24,000 bases of DNA from Notoacmeibacter marinus (GTDB taxonomy: Bacteria; Pseudomonadota; Alphaproteobacteria; Rhizobiales; Rhizobiaceae). Of this stretch, positions 15,531-22,980 are shown in pieces (the first letter of the stretch is position 1; the number at the start of each line of letters is the position of its first letter). Below the pieces are notes generated by a model. That model ran no database searches and was not told the origin of the DNA. It saw only the letters and a list, made by a program, of their open reading frames with translations. The stretch covers positions 1,466,161 to 1,490,160 of the forward strand of contig NZ_NBYO01000001.1 of NCBI RefSeq assembly GCF_002238045.1, read 5' to 3'. Made by a program: the position numbers and the translations under genes.

Positions 15531-16685
15531 ATGAAGGTGGATTTCTACAAACACGGATTGACCGAGACGGATGCGGCGGGGATCGCCGAGGTCCTCAAGA
15601 CGCCCTTCCTGACGACCGGGCCCGTCGCGCATGGGGTCGAGGACCAGCTTCGGCGCTATTTCGACGTGCCCCACGCCGCGCTGGTCAACAGCTGGACGAA
15701 CGGCGCAGTGGCGACGCTCCTTGCCATGGGCGTCGGACCTGGTGACGAAGTCCTTGTCCCGGCAGAGACATTCGTCGCATCTGCCAATGTCGTCGAATTG
15801 ATCGGTGGGACAGCGCGGCTCGTGGATGTGGATCCCGATACGCTCCTCCTTACACCCGAAACTGCCGCTGCTGCCGTGACCGAGCGGACGAAAGCCGTCA
15901 TGCCGGTCCACCTCTATGGCCGGATGGTGGATATCGCTGCGCTCCGTGATGCGATCGAAGCTGCCGCAGCGCCCGGCCAACGCATATACATCCTGGAGGA
16001 TTGCGCCCACTGCTTTGAAGGAAAACTGGACGGGGACCGTCCGGGGGCTCATTCCGATGCGGCGATCTTTTCATTCTACGCGACGAAGAACGTCACATGC
16101 GGCGAGGGCGGCGCGGTGATCCTGCGGGATGATGCCCTGCATGGGAGCCTGTTGGAGACCCGCCTTCACGGCATGTCCGCGACCGCGATCGATCGCTTCA
16201 AAGGCGGTAAGTATAATCACTGGGGCATGGAGCAATTGGGCGTGAAGGCGAACCTGCCCGATCTGCTGGCGGCGCTTCTGCCGAGGCAAATCGAGACGAT
16301 CGACGAGCTGCTTTCCCAACGTCATGCCCTCGCCGGTCGCTACCGCGCCGCGTTCGACGGCACGGGACTTCGGATGCCGGCCATCGTCGAGGGCGCGACG
16401 GATGCCGCGCACCTCTTCACCATCGGGGTGAATGAGCGTGACCGGGTCATCGCCATTCTCAACAACGCGGGAATCTCGGTGACGGTGAATTTCAGGGCGC
16501 TTCCCGACCTCGGTTATTACGCCAAGAAATACCCCGAGAGCCTGGCCGCCTGTCCGGCCGCCGTCGCCTGGGGACGCCAGACGATCAGCCTGCCGTTTTA
16601 TCCGGGTATGCCGCAGGCGCATCAGGATCACGTTATCGAGACCGTTCTGCAGATTGCGGCATCGCCAGAGTTCCAGCTGCTATGA
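15531..16685 (+). CDS. DegT/DnrJ/EryC1/StrS-family PLP-dependent sugar aminotransferase
   Basis: 384 aa with ...ALVNSWTNGAVATLLAMGVGPGDEVLVP... and the catalytic-Lys region FSFYATKNVTCGEGG. Confidence 0.9.
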   Translation: MKVDFYKHGLTETDAAGIAEVLKTPFLTTGPVAHGVEDQLRRYFDVPHAALVNSWTNGAVATLLAMGVGPGDEVLVPAETFVASANVVELIGGTARLVDVDPDTLLLTPETAAAAVTERTKAVMPVHLYGRMVDIAALRDAIEAAAAPGQRIYILEDCAHCFEGKLDGDRPGAHSDAAIFSFYATKNVTCGEGGAVILRDDALHGSLLETRLHGMSATAIDRFKGGKYNHWGMEQLGVKANLPDLLAALLPRQIETIDELLSQRHALAGRYRAAFDGTGLRMPAIVEGATDAAHLFTIGVNERDRVIAILNNAGISVTVNFRALPDLGYYAKKYPESLAACPAAVAWGRQTISLPFYPGMPQAHQDHVIETVLQIAASPEFQLL

Positions 16686-17812
16686 CTTGCGTGGCCTGTG
16701 GGACGGCGACATTGGATCTGCCGGTGCCTCACCCCACACAATCTATGCTCAGCGATGGGCGAATCTCGCAGCGCGTGCTGGCAAAATCGCGTTGTCCGGC
16801 CTGCGGCCTCATCCAGCATTCGGAATTGCCGGACATAGCCACCGTGCGGAGCTTCTACGGGGCGGAATATAACCTGGCCGTGGAGACTGCGCCATCCGAC
16901 GTGTCCCGGTCGTCTGCCTATGCTGATCTTCTGCTGGCGCGCCTGGATGCCGTACCTCTGCGCGTTATGGAAATCGGGTGCGGGTCAGGCCATACGCTGC
17001 GCGCCCTGGCCGCGACCTGGCAGAACACCGCCTTCGTGGGCTATGAGGCTGCGCCCCAAGTTGCGGCTTCGGCCAAAGGTGCAGACCCGCGCGTGACGAT
17101 ACGGAACGGCTTTGTCGAAGATCTGCTTCTGCCCGAGGCCGGAGCCGGATTCGACATGGTCTTTTCGATCAACGTCTTCGAACATGCCGCCGATCCGGTT
17201 GCCTTCCTCGCGGCTAAGGCTGCGCAGCTCACGATGGGCGGCGCGATCGTGATCATCTGTCCAAAGTCGGTTCCACCCAACATGGAGCTGGTTTTCCAGG
17301 ATCACATTTACAGCTTCACACCGGAAGCTGTCGCCGCATTGGCCGAACGGGCTGGGCTCGTTTTGATAGAACATGATCCGGCTCCGGCTGGACTGGGCGA
17401 TTTCCAACTCTTCGTCTTTTCCCGCGACGGTCAGAGCGCCGAGACCGCTTCTGCCGCCTCGCATGACGATTTTGCGACATACATGGCTGGTTGGTCGCGG
17501 CTCGACGCGGTGCTGTCAGAAGCCCTGAACGACATCACCGGCCATGCTTTCGTTTTTGGCGCGGGAGAAATGGCAGGGCTCCTTCGGGCCTATGCGCCCG
17601 CGACCTGGGGAGCGGTGGAAGCGTGCGTCGTGGACGACCTTGCCGGCGCGCGTGCGCTGGGAGTGCCGGTAAAAAAGCTGGAAGAGGTTCAGCCGGGCAA
17701 TTGCGACGCCGTCATCGTCGCCACGCATCCCCGCACCCAGAAGGCCATTGCGCGGCGGTTCGGTGCATCGGAGGCGACCATCCTTACCTTCGACGAGCTG
17801 ATCGCCCGATAA
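16682..17812 (+). CDS. SAM-dependent methyltransferase with an N-terminal Cys4 zinc ribbon and an extra C-terminal domain (NDP-hexose C-methyltransferase-like architecture)
   Basis: CVACG...CPACG ribbon, motif I VMEIGCGSGHTL, then FDMVFSINVFEH, followed by a ~120-aa C-terminal Rossmann-like region (FVFGAGEMAG). ATGA overlap with the aminotransferase stop. Confidence 0.7.
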   Translation: MTCVACGTATLDLPVPHPTQSMLSDGRISQRVLAKSRCPACGLIQHSELPDIATVRSFYGAEYNLAVETAPSDVSRSSAYADLLLARLDAVPLRVMEIGCGSGHTLRALAATWQNTAFVGYEAAPQVAASAKGADPRVTIRNGFVEDLLLPEAGAGFDMVFSINVFEHAADPVAFLAAKAAQLTMGGAIVIICPKSVPPNMELVFQDHIYSFTPEAVAALAERAGLVLIEHDPAPAGLGDFQLFVFSRDGQSAETASAASHDDFATYMAGWSRLDAVLSEALNDITGHAFVFGAGEMAGLLRAYAPATWGAVEACVVDDLAGARALGVPVKKLEEVQPGNCDAVIVATHPRTQKAIARRFGASEATILTFDELIAR

Positions 17813-17828
17813 GACAGGAGACCGTTCC

Positions 17829-18662
17829 ATGGAAATGGCAGTCAAGAATTACGGCGTGAAGCATCGAACTCCGCCAGGCGATGTCGTGGATCGCGCCCTG
17901 GAGCAACTGAAGCTCGTCGGATACGCAGTGGTCGACTCAGGGTACGATGCCGAAGAGCAAGCCGAAATCGCCGCCGCATTCGATCGCGCTCACGCGGCGC
18001 AGGCGGAAAGATACGGCGCCGATGCACTGCGCGAGATCGACGAGCACAATACCGTGCGGATGCCCATGCTCTATGAGGCGATCTTCGGAAAGCTGGCGCA
18101 GAACCCGCGGGTCCTGGCGATCACCGAGCACCTGATTGGCGGCTCATATAGCACCGGGACTTTCATCCTCAATCAGCAGAACGGGATCGTCAATCCGGCC
18201 GGGAAGGACTACAATCAGGCAGCCTATCACCGCGACCTGCCGTATCAGCACTTCACCAGCTCGCGTCCTCTCGCGCTGAACGCACTTTACTGTGTCGATC
18301 CCTTCACAAGCGAAAATGGCGCGACACTCGTCGTTCCAGGTACGCACAAAAGTGAACCGTTTCCGTCCGATGACACGGTGCGCGCCCTGGAGCGGCAGAT
18401 CACGGCATCGGCAGGCAGTTTCCTCGTTCTCGACTGCATGGTCTATCATTCCGGGGCTCCCAACCGAAGCACCGCCGATCGCCGCGCTGTCAATCACGTC
18501 TACACGATCCCGATGATCCGTCAGCAGATCGACATGCCGGCGATCCTGGGCCATCGGGACGACCTGTCGGACGACGCGCGAAAGCTTTTCGGTTACGGCG
18601 CGCAGCACATCACGTCGCTCGACGCCTACTACGCCTCACGGCGTTCTCGATTGGAAGGCTAG
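17829..18662 (+). CDS. PhyH-family Fe(II)/2-oxoglutarate-dependent oxygenase
   Basis: 277 aa with a candidate HxD...H facial triad (YHRDLPY ... VYHSGAPNRS). AGGAG RBS lies 8 nt upstream. Confidence 0.7.
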   Translation: MEMAVKNYGVKHRTPPGDVVDRALEQLKLVGYAVVDSGYDAEEQAEIAAAFDRAHAAQAERYGADALREIDEHNTVRMPMLYEAIFGKLAQNPRVLAITEHLIGGSYSTGTFILNQQNGIVNPAGKDYNQAAYHRDLPYQHFTSSRPLALNALYCVDPFTSENGATLVVPGTHKSEPFPSDDTVRALERQITASAGSFLVLDCMVYHSGAPNRSTADRRAVNHVYTIPMIRQQIDMPAILGHRDDLSDDARKLFGYGAQHITSLDAYYASRRSRLEG

Positions 18663-18666
18663 GGAT

Positions 18667-19407
18667 ATGACAAGCCAGAAGACGGTCGTCATCCTCCAGT
18701 CGAACTACATCCCCTGGAAGGGCTATTTCGATCTGATGAATGCCGCGGATGTGTTCGTGCTCTTCGATGAAGTGCAGTTCTCCCGCCGTGACTGGCGCAA
18801 CCGCAACAAGATCATCATCCAGGGACAGCCACGCTGGCTGACCATACCGGTGCAATCGAAGGGCAAGTATGCCGCCCCGGTCTCGGAAATCGAAGTCACC
18901 GATGGCAGCTGGGCCCAGAAGCACTGGACCTCCATCGAGCTCGCCTACGGCAAATCACCGTTCTTCCGGGACTACGCCCCTGGCCTCGAAACCACTTATG
19001 GAGAGGCCGCCAAGGAAACGCACCTGAGTTCGATCAACCGACTTTTCCTTGACCATCTGGCGACGGCCCTGGGCATAAACGTCACCTTCGGGCGGTCCGA
19101 TTCCGTCCCGCGACAAAGCGATGATCCGGCCGAACGCCTGATCGAAATTTGCCGGGGGTACGGCGCGACGCGCTATCTTTCCGGGCCGGCGGCCAAGAGT
19201 TACATTGATCCCCAGCTATTCGTCGATGCCGGGATAGACCTCCGCTATGCCGATTATTCCGGCTATCCGACCTATGCGCAGCAAAGCGAGGATTTCGAGC
19301 ACGGGGTGAGTATCATCGACATGTTGATGACCTTGGGGCCCGACACGGCCAGCCACCTGAAGTCGCAGATCCCCGGCGGCTTGTTCGAAACGCCAGAAAA
19401 GCGCTAA
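18667..19407 (+). CDS. WbqC-family protein (biochemical function unknown; typical of polysaccharide loci)
   Basis: The N-terminus VVILQSNYIPWKGYFDLMNAADVFVLFDEVQFSRRDWRNRNKI matches the WbqC-like pattern (hxQPxYhPWxGYF...D). Confidence 0.65.
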   Translation: MTSQKTVVILQSNYIPWKGYFDLMNAADVFVLFDEVQFSRRDWRNRNKIIIQGQPRWLTIPVQSKGKYAAPVSEIEVTDGSWAQKHWTSIELAYGKSPFFRDYAPGLETTYGEAAKETHLSSINRLFLDHLATALGINVTFGRSDSVPRQSDDPAERLIEICRGYGATRYLSGPAAKSYIDPQLFVDAGIDLRYADYSGYPTYAQQSEDFEHGVSIIDMLMTLGPDTASHLKSQIPGGLFETPEKR

Positions 19408-19416
19408 AGGGCCTTC

Positions 19417-21000
19417 ATGCGCATTTCCCTCGTTACCCCGCTCTACCGAAGCGCATCCAGCCTGCGTGAGTTGTGCGACAGGGCTGATGCGACGATGAGA
19501 GCGCTGACGCCCGATTACGAGATCGTACTGGTCAATGATGGTTGTCCTGACAATAGCCTGACGGTCGCACGCGAGATTGCAACGGAAAATCCCCATGTCC
19601 GGGTCATCGATCTGTCACGAAATTACGGCCAGCACCCAGCGCTGATGACAGGGCTGGAGGCCGCGACCGGCGATTACATCTTCATTTGTGACAGCGATTT
19701 GGAAGAAGAACCGGAATGGATCGCGACCTTCTTTTCGCGACTTGTGGAAGAAGACGATTGCGACGTCGTCTATGGCATCCAGCAGGCGCGCAAAGGCAAC
19801 ATGTTCTATCGTGGCGCCAGGCGCCTGTTCTACCGAACATTGAGCTGGACGTCCGGCATCGATTTTCCCGCCAACATCATCACTGCCCGCCTGATGACCC
19901 GTCGCTACGTCGATGCGGTCCTTCAGTTCAGGGAACGAGAGCTTTTCGCCGCAGGCATCTGGCACATGGCGGGCTTTCGCCAGATTCCTTACGCCGTGGA
20001 CAAACCACCACGCGATGACACCACCTACACATTCCGAAAGCTCGTGGGCATCTTCGTCAACGCGGTAACGGCCTTCTCCGTGCGGCCGCTTCAGGCGATC
20101 TCCATTGCAGGCGTTGTGCTCTCGCTTTCCGCAATCATTTTTATCATCTATCTGATATTCCAGCGGTTTTTCGGAGTAGTGCTGGAAGGTTGGACGTCCG
20201 TTATCGCAGCGATTCTTCTTGTTGGCGGGGTGACGCTTTTCTTCAACGGCGTCATCGCAATCTATCTTGCGAAAGTGTTTCTCGAGGTGAAGCGACGCCC
20301 GCTGACGATTGTGCGAGAGGTCATCAATCCCGAGCTTCCGCCCGCAATGATCGAAGGCGGCAATTATCGCAGCATCGTTTCCCATTACGAGGCATGTCTC
20401 GAGGATTACGGAGTGGGTCCCAAGGCGGTGGACTGGAAGGACGAGCATGCCGCCACGACGCGCTACGACGTCATGCTCGACCTACTGCCTAAAACAAAAG
20501 AGCCCGTGACACTTCTCGATTTCGGATGCGGGCTCGGCGGCCTGAAGAAGCATATCGACGCGCGGGGCCTCGACCATATCCAATATGAAGGCCTCGACCT
20601 TTCGCCAGCCTATGTTGAGGCCGCACGGAATGCCCTGCCCGGAACGACGATTCACTGTCTCAATGTTCTGGAAACGCCGGAGGCGCTGGGCAGCTACGAT
20701 TACATCGTGATGAACGGGATCTTCACGCGGCGCCAGGACCTGACCGAAGCGGAGATGTTTTCCTATCTGGAACGACTTGGCGGGGCTGTCTTTGCCAGGG
20801 CCAAACGGGGGCTGGCCTTCAACGTCATGTCCATGCATGTCGACTGGAAGAACGAGAAGCTGTTTCACCCAGAAACTGCCGCACTCGCGCAGGTCGTATG
20901 CCGCGCATTCTCCCGGCACATAGTTCTGCGGGAGGATTATGGGCTCTATGAATGCACGTGCTACGCCTACAAGGCGGCCACATCCAGGAAAGACGTCTGA
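19417..21000 (+). CDS. Fusion protein: GT2 polyprenyl-phosphate glycosyltransferase (ArnC/GtrB/DPM1-like, two TM helices) plus a C-terminal class I SAM methyltransferase domain
   Basis: GT2 part: ISLVTPLYRS..., EIVLVNDGCPDNS, RNYGQHPALMTGLEAATGDYIFICDSDLEEEP. TM helices: AISIAGVVLSLSAIIFIIYLIF and WTSVIAAILLVGGVTLFFNGVIAIYLAKVF. MTase part: LLDFGCGLGGL, YDYIVMNGIF. Confidence 0.8.
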   Translation: MRISLVTPLYRSASSLRELCDRADATMRALTPDYEIVLVNDGCPDNSLTVAREIATENPHVRVIDLSRNYGQHPALMTGLEAATGDYIFICDSDLEEEPEWIATFFSRLVEEDDCDVVYGIQQARKGNMFYRGARRLFYRTLSWTSGIDFPANIITARLMTRRYVDAVLQFRERELFAAGIWHMAGFRQIPYAVDKPPRDDTTYTFRKLVGIFVNAVTAFSVRPLQAISIAGVVLSLSAIIFIIYLIFQRFFGVVLEGWTSVIAAILLVGGVTLFFNGVIAIYLAKVFLEVKRRPLTIVREVINPELPPAMIEGGNYRSIVSHYEACLEDYGVGPKAVDWKDEHAATTRYDVMLDLLPKTKEPVTLLDFGCGLGGLKKHIDARGLDHIQYEGLDLSPAYVEAARNALPGTTIHCLNVLETPEALGSYDYIVMNGIFTRRQDLTEAEMFSYLERLGGAVFARAKRGLAFNVMSMHVDWKNEKLFHPETAALAQVVCRAFSRHIVLREDYGLYECTCYAYKAATSRKDV

Positions 21001-21001
21001 A

Positions 21002-21667
21002 ATGCCCAAGCCTATCGTAATCTTCGGGACGGGAGAACTGGCAGAGGTCGCGGCGTTCTATTTCGAGGCCGACGCAGGCCGGGAGATTGCGGCCTTCACC
21101 ATCGACGGAGACCGGATCGGGTCGAATCGTTTCGCCGGAAAAGCCGTGCTGCCCTTCGAAGATATCGTGACAAGTCATGGACCCGGCGACCACGATCTCT
21201 TCGTGGCGGTCGGCTATTCGGGGCTGAACGACCTGCGGGCGGCGAAATGCGCCGAGGCGGAAGGCAAGGGTTACACTCTGCCGAGCTACGTTTCGTCCAG
21301 GGCGACAACATTCTCGGATTTCGCCTGTGGGTCCAACTGTTTCATCCTCGAAGACAACACCATCCAACCATTCGTGCGCATCGGACGCGGTGTGACGCTA
21401 TGGAGCGGCAACCATATCGGGCATCACAGCAGCATCGGAGATTTCGCCTTTATCAGCAGCCATGTCGTGATCTCCGGCGGCGTCAGTGTCGGCGCCCATA
21501 GCTTCATAGGGGTCAACGCGACCACCAACGACCACATCGCAATCGGAGCGCGCTGCGTCATCGGTTCGGGTACGACGGTCGCAAAGTCCATTCCTGACGA
21601 GACGGTCATCACGTCGGAGCCGGGCAAGATCGCCAAGATCCCGAGTTCCCGCCTCCGGGGTTTTTGA
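21002..21667 (+). CDS. NeuD/PglD-type sugar N-acyltransferase (N-terminal Rossmann-like domain plus left-handed beta-helix)
   Basis: MPKPIVIFGTGELAEVAAFYFE... is followed by hexapeptide repeats (IGRGVTLWSGNHIGHHSSIGDFAFISSHVVISGGVSVGAHSFIGVNATT). Start set at ATG 21002, one nt after the preceding stop. Confidence 0.8.
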   Translation: MPKPIVIFGTGELAEVAAFYFEADAGREIAAFTIDGDRIGSNRFAGKAVLPFEDIVTSHGPGDHDLFVAVGYSGLNDLRAAKCAEAEGKGYTLPSYVSSRATTFSDFACGSNCFILEDNTIQPFVRIGRGVTLWSGNHIGHHSSIGDFAFISSHVVISGGVSVGAHSFIGVNATTNDHIAIGARCVIGSGTTVAKSIPDETVITSEPGKIAKIPSSRLRGF

Positions 21668-21670
21668 CGG

Positions 21671-22585
21671 GTGGAGTTCAGGCGACTCAAGCGGGTCTTC
21701 GGTGCGGAGGACGGCCCTGACTGGATGGTCAGCCATGCCGCCTATCCAACCCCAGTTTGGCTGTCGGACGATCATCTGAGAGTCTTCATCGTCGCACGCG
21801 ACAGCGACAATCGGGGTTCTGTCGGGTGGGTGGATCTGGACCCTCAGGATCCCACTCAGGTCGTTGCCGTTTCGGAAACGCCGGCTCTGCGGCCCGGTCC
21901 CACCGGAACGTTCTACGACCGTGGAATATCGATCGGCTCGATCCATCGGCGGCCGGACGGCGCGCTCTGGATGTATTTCCTTGGATGGAACAAGTCGGCC
22001 GACGTTCCCTTCCGCAACTCCATCGGCCTTGCCATAGACAGATCGGGGCGCGGTGACAGGTTCGAGCCTGCCTTCGAGGGTCCGCTCATCGACCGCAGCC
22101 GCCACGATCCATTCACGCTGAGCTATCCTTACACCAGTCCGCCACAGGCGACCGGTTGCCGGTGGCACATGCTCTACGGAACCAGTCGCGGAGGCGGTCT
22201 CGACGAGCGACAGATGCAACATGCGTTGTCCGAAGCCTGGTCGTCTGACGGGATCGACTGGTCACCGACAGGGCGTGATGTGATTCCCCTGGAGGAAGGC
22301 GAATACGGGTTGTCTCGACCCTGGATTTTCGATGCGCTGGGCGCACGGCAGGTCGTCTTCGCCATACGCCGCGCACAATACACGATAGGCTGGTCGAGCT
22401 GGGATCCGGATGCCGGTATCTGGCATCGCCAATCGCGGGACCTTCTGGGCCCTGGTGCCAAATGGGACGGTGAGGCCACCTGTTACCCGGCCGTGACCCA
22501 CCTGGTTGGAAGGATTCTGTTGTTCTATAATGGCAATGGTTATGGGCGGACGGGCTTCGGTGTTGCCGAATGGACCGGACGATAG
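21671..22585 (+). CDS. Cytoplasmic 5-bladed beta-propeller protein of the GH43/32/68/130-like superfamily (function unknown)
   Basis: Recurrent blade-like patterns: DGALWMYFLGWN...SIGLAIDRSG, AWSSDGIDWSP, ILLFYNGNGYGRTGFGVAEW. No signal peptide. GTG start at 21671; ATG 21725 is an alternative. Confidence 0.5.
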   Translation: MEFRRLKRVFGAEDGPDWMVSHAAYPTPVWLSDDHLRVFIVARDSDNRGSVGWVDLDPQDPTQVVAVSETPALRPGPTGTFYDRGISIGSIHRRPDGALWMYFLGWNKSADVPFRNSIGLAIDRSGRGDRFEPAFEGPLIDRSRHDPFTLSYPYTSPPQATGCRWHMLYGTSRGGGLDERQMQHALSEAWSSDGIDWSPTGRDVIPLEEGEYGLSRPWIFDALGARQVVFAIRRAQYTIGWSSWDPDAGIWHRQSRDLLGPGAKWDGEATCYPAVTHLVGRILLFYNGNGYGRTGFGVAEWTGR

Positions 22586-22684
22586 ATGCATCTCTGATGT
22601 AACCGCTGTCCCGCGGCGATGATTTCGGTTCTCTTTTTGATTTGTGGTGTGAGGGTTTGCGGTCGGCCTCGCCGCACGTGCCCG

Positions 22685-22867
22685 GCGGGAGATGGAAACG
22701 CTGCGCTGGGTGGCCAGCGGTCTGCGAACCAAGGCGATCGCGCTGAAGATGCGCATCAGCGCGGCGACCGTGGAATTTCGCGGACGCAACGCCCGCAGGA
22801 AGCCCGGCGCCAAAACCTGCGAGCGGCTGTCGCCATCGCCCTGACGCGCGGCCTGATTGCGGTGTTA
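22685..22867 (+). pseudogene. LuxR-family HTH remnant: direct repeat copy 2, 5'-truncated and frameshifted
   Basis: It translates as ...EMETLRWVASGLRTKAIALKMRISAATVEFRGRNARRKPGAKTCE. A 1-nt deletion relative to copy 1 then brings in a premature TGA. The ancestral stop position reads TTA. There is no N-terminal domain or start codon upstream. Confidence 0.85.
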
Positions 22868-22918
22868 GGGCCGAAGTACTAGTATGGACTGATGTGTCCA
22901 GAACGGACACTTGAAAAA

Positions 22919-22965
22919 TGGCGATCCCGACAGAATTCAAACCTGTCCCGCAGATTCAAATCCTG
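22919..22965 (-). pseudogene. Partial, decayed copy of the 3' half of tRNA-Arg(CCT) (att-like direct repeat)
   Basis: 22919-22946 matches 23465-23492 at 26 of 28 nt. The next 10 nt match 9 of 10 after a 2-nt gap. Similarity fades through the anticodon arm, and there is no 5' half. Confidence 0.75.
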
Positions 22966-22980
22966 CCATTCCGACCATTT

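Larger units (their letters stand above)
11146..22684. other. Island-like 11.5 kb glycan-modification gene block bounded by the luxR 3'-end direct repeats; no recombinase gene detected
   Basis: Defined by the repeat pair 10962-11145 / 22685-22867 and by coherent gene content (features below). Confidence 0.5.

Noticed and set aside
11278-22585. Reading the block as a complete O-antigen or capsule biosynthesis locus.
   Set aside because: It has no Wzx/Wzy or Wzm/Wzt export pair, no initiating phosphoglycosyltransferase, no chain-length regulator, no ligase, and only one soluble-sugar pathway. The content fits a side-branch modification system better.
22894-22910. The hairpin GTGTCC-AGAAC-GGACAC after the luxR remnant as an intrinsic terminator.
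   Set aside because: The stem is only 6 bp and is followed by TTGAAAAAT rather than a U-tract. On the other strand the T-run precedes the stem. It is noted only as part of the ~37-nt spacer segment absent from the left repeat copy.
22113-22940. The 275-aa minus-strand ORF and the 87-aa plus-strand ORF (22619-22882) covering the luxR remnant.
   Set aside because: The minus ORF is antisense to the beta-propeller gene and to the HTH remnant; it mirrors the spurious antisense ORF 10741-11154 opposite the intact luxR. The plus ORF reads the remnant mostly out of frame and only regains the LuxR frame after the 1-nt deletion. Neither looks like a real gene.
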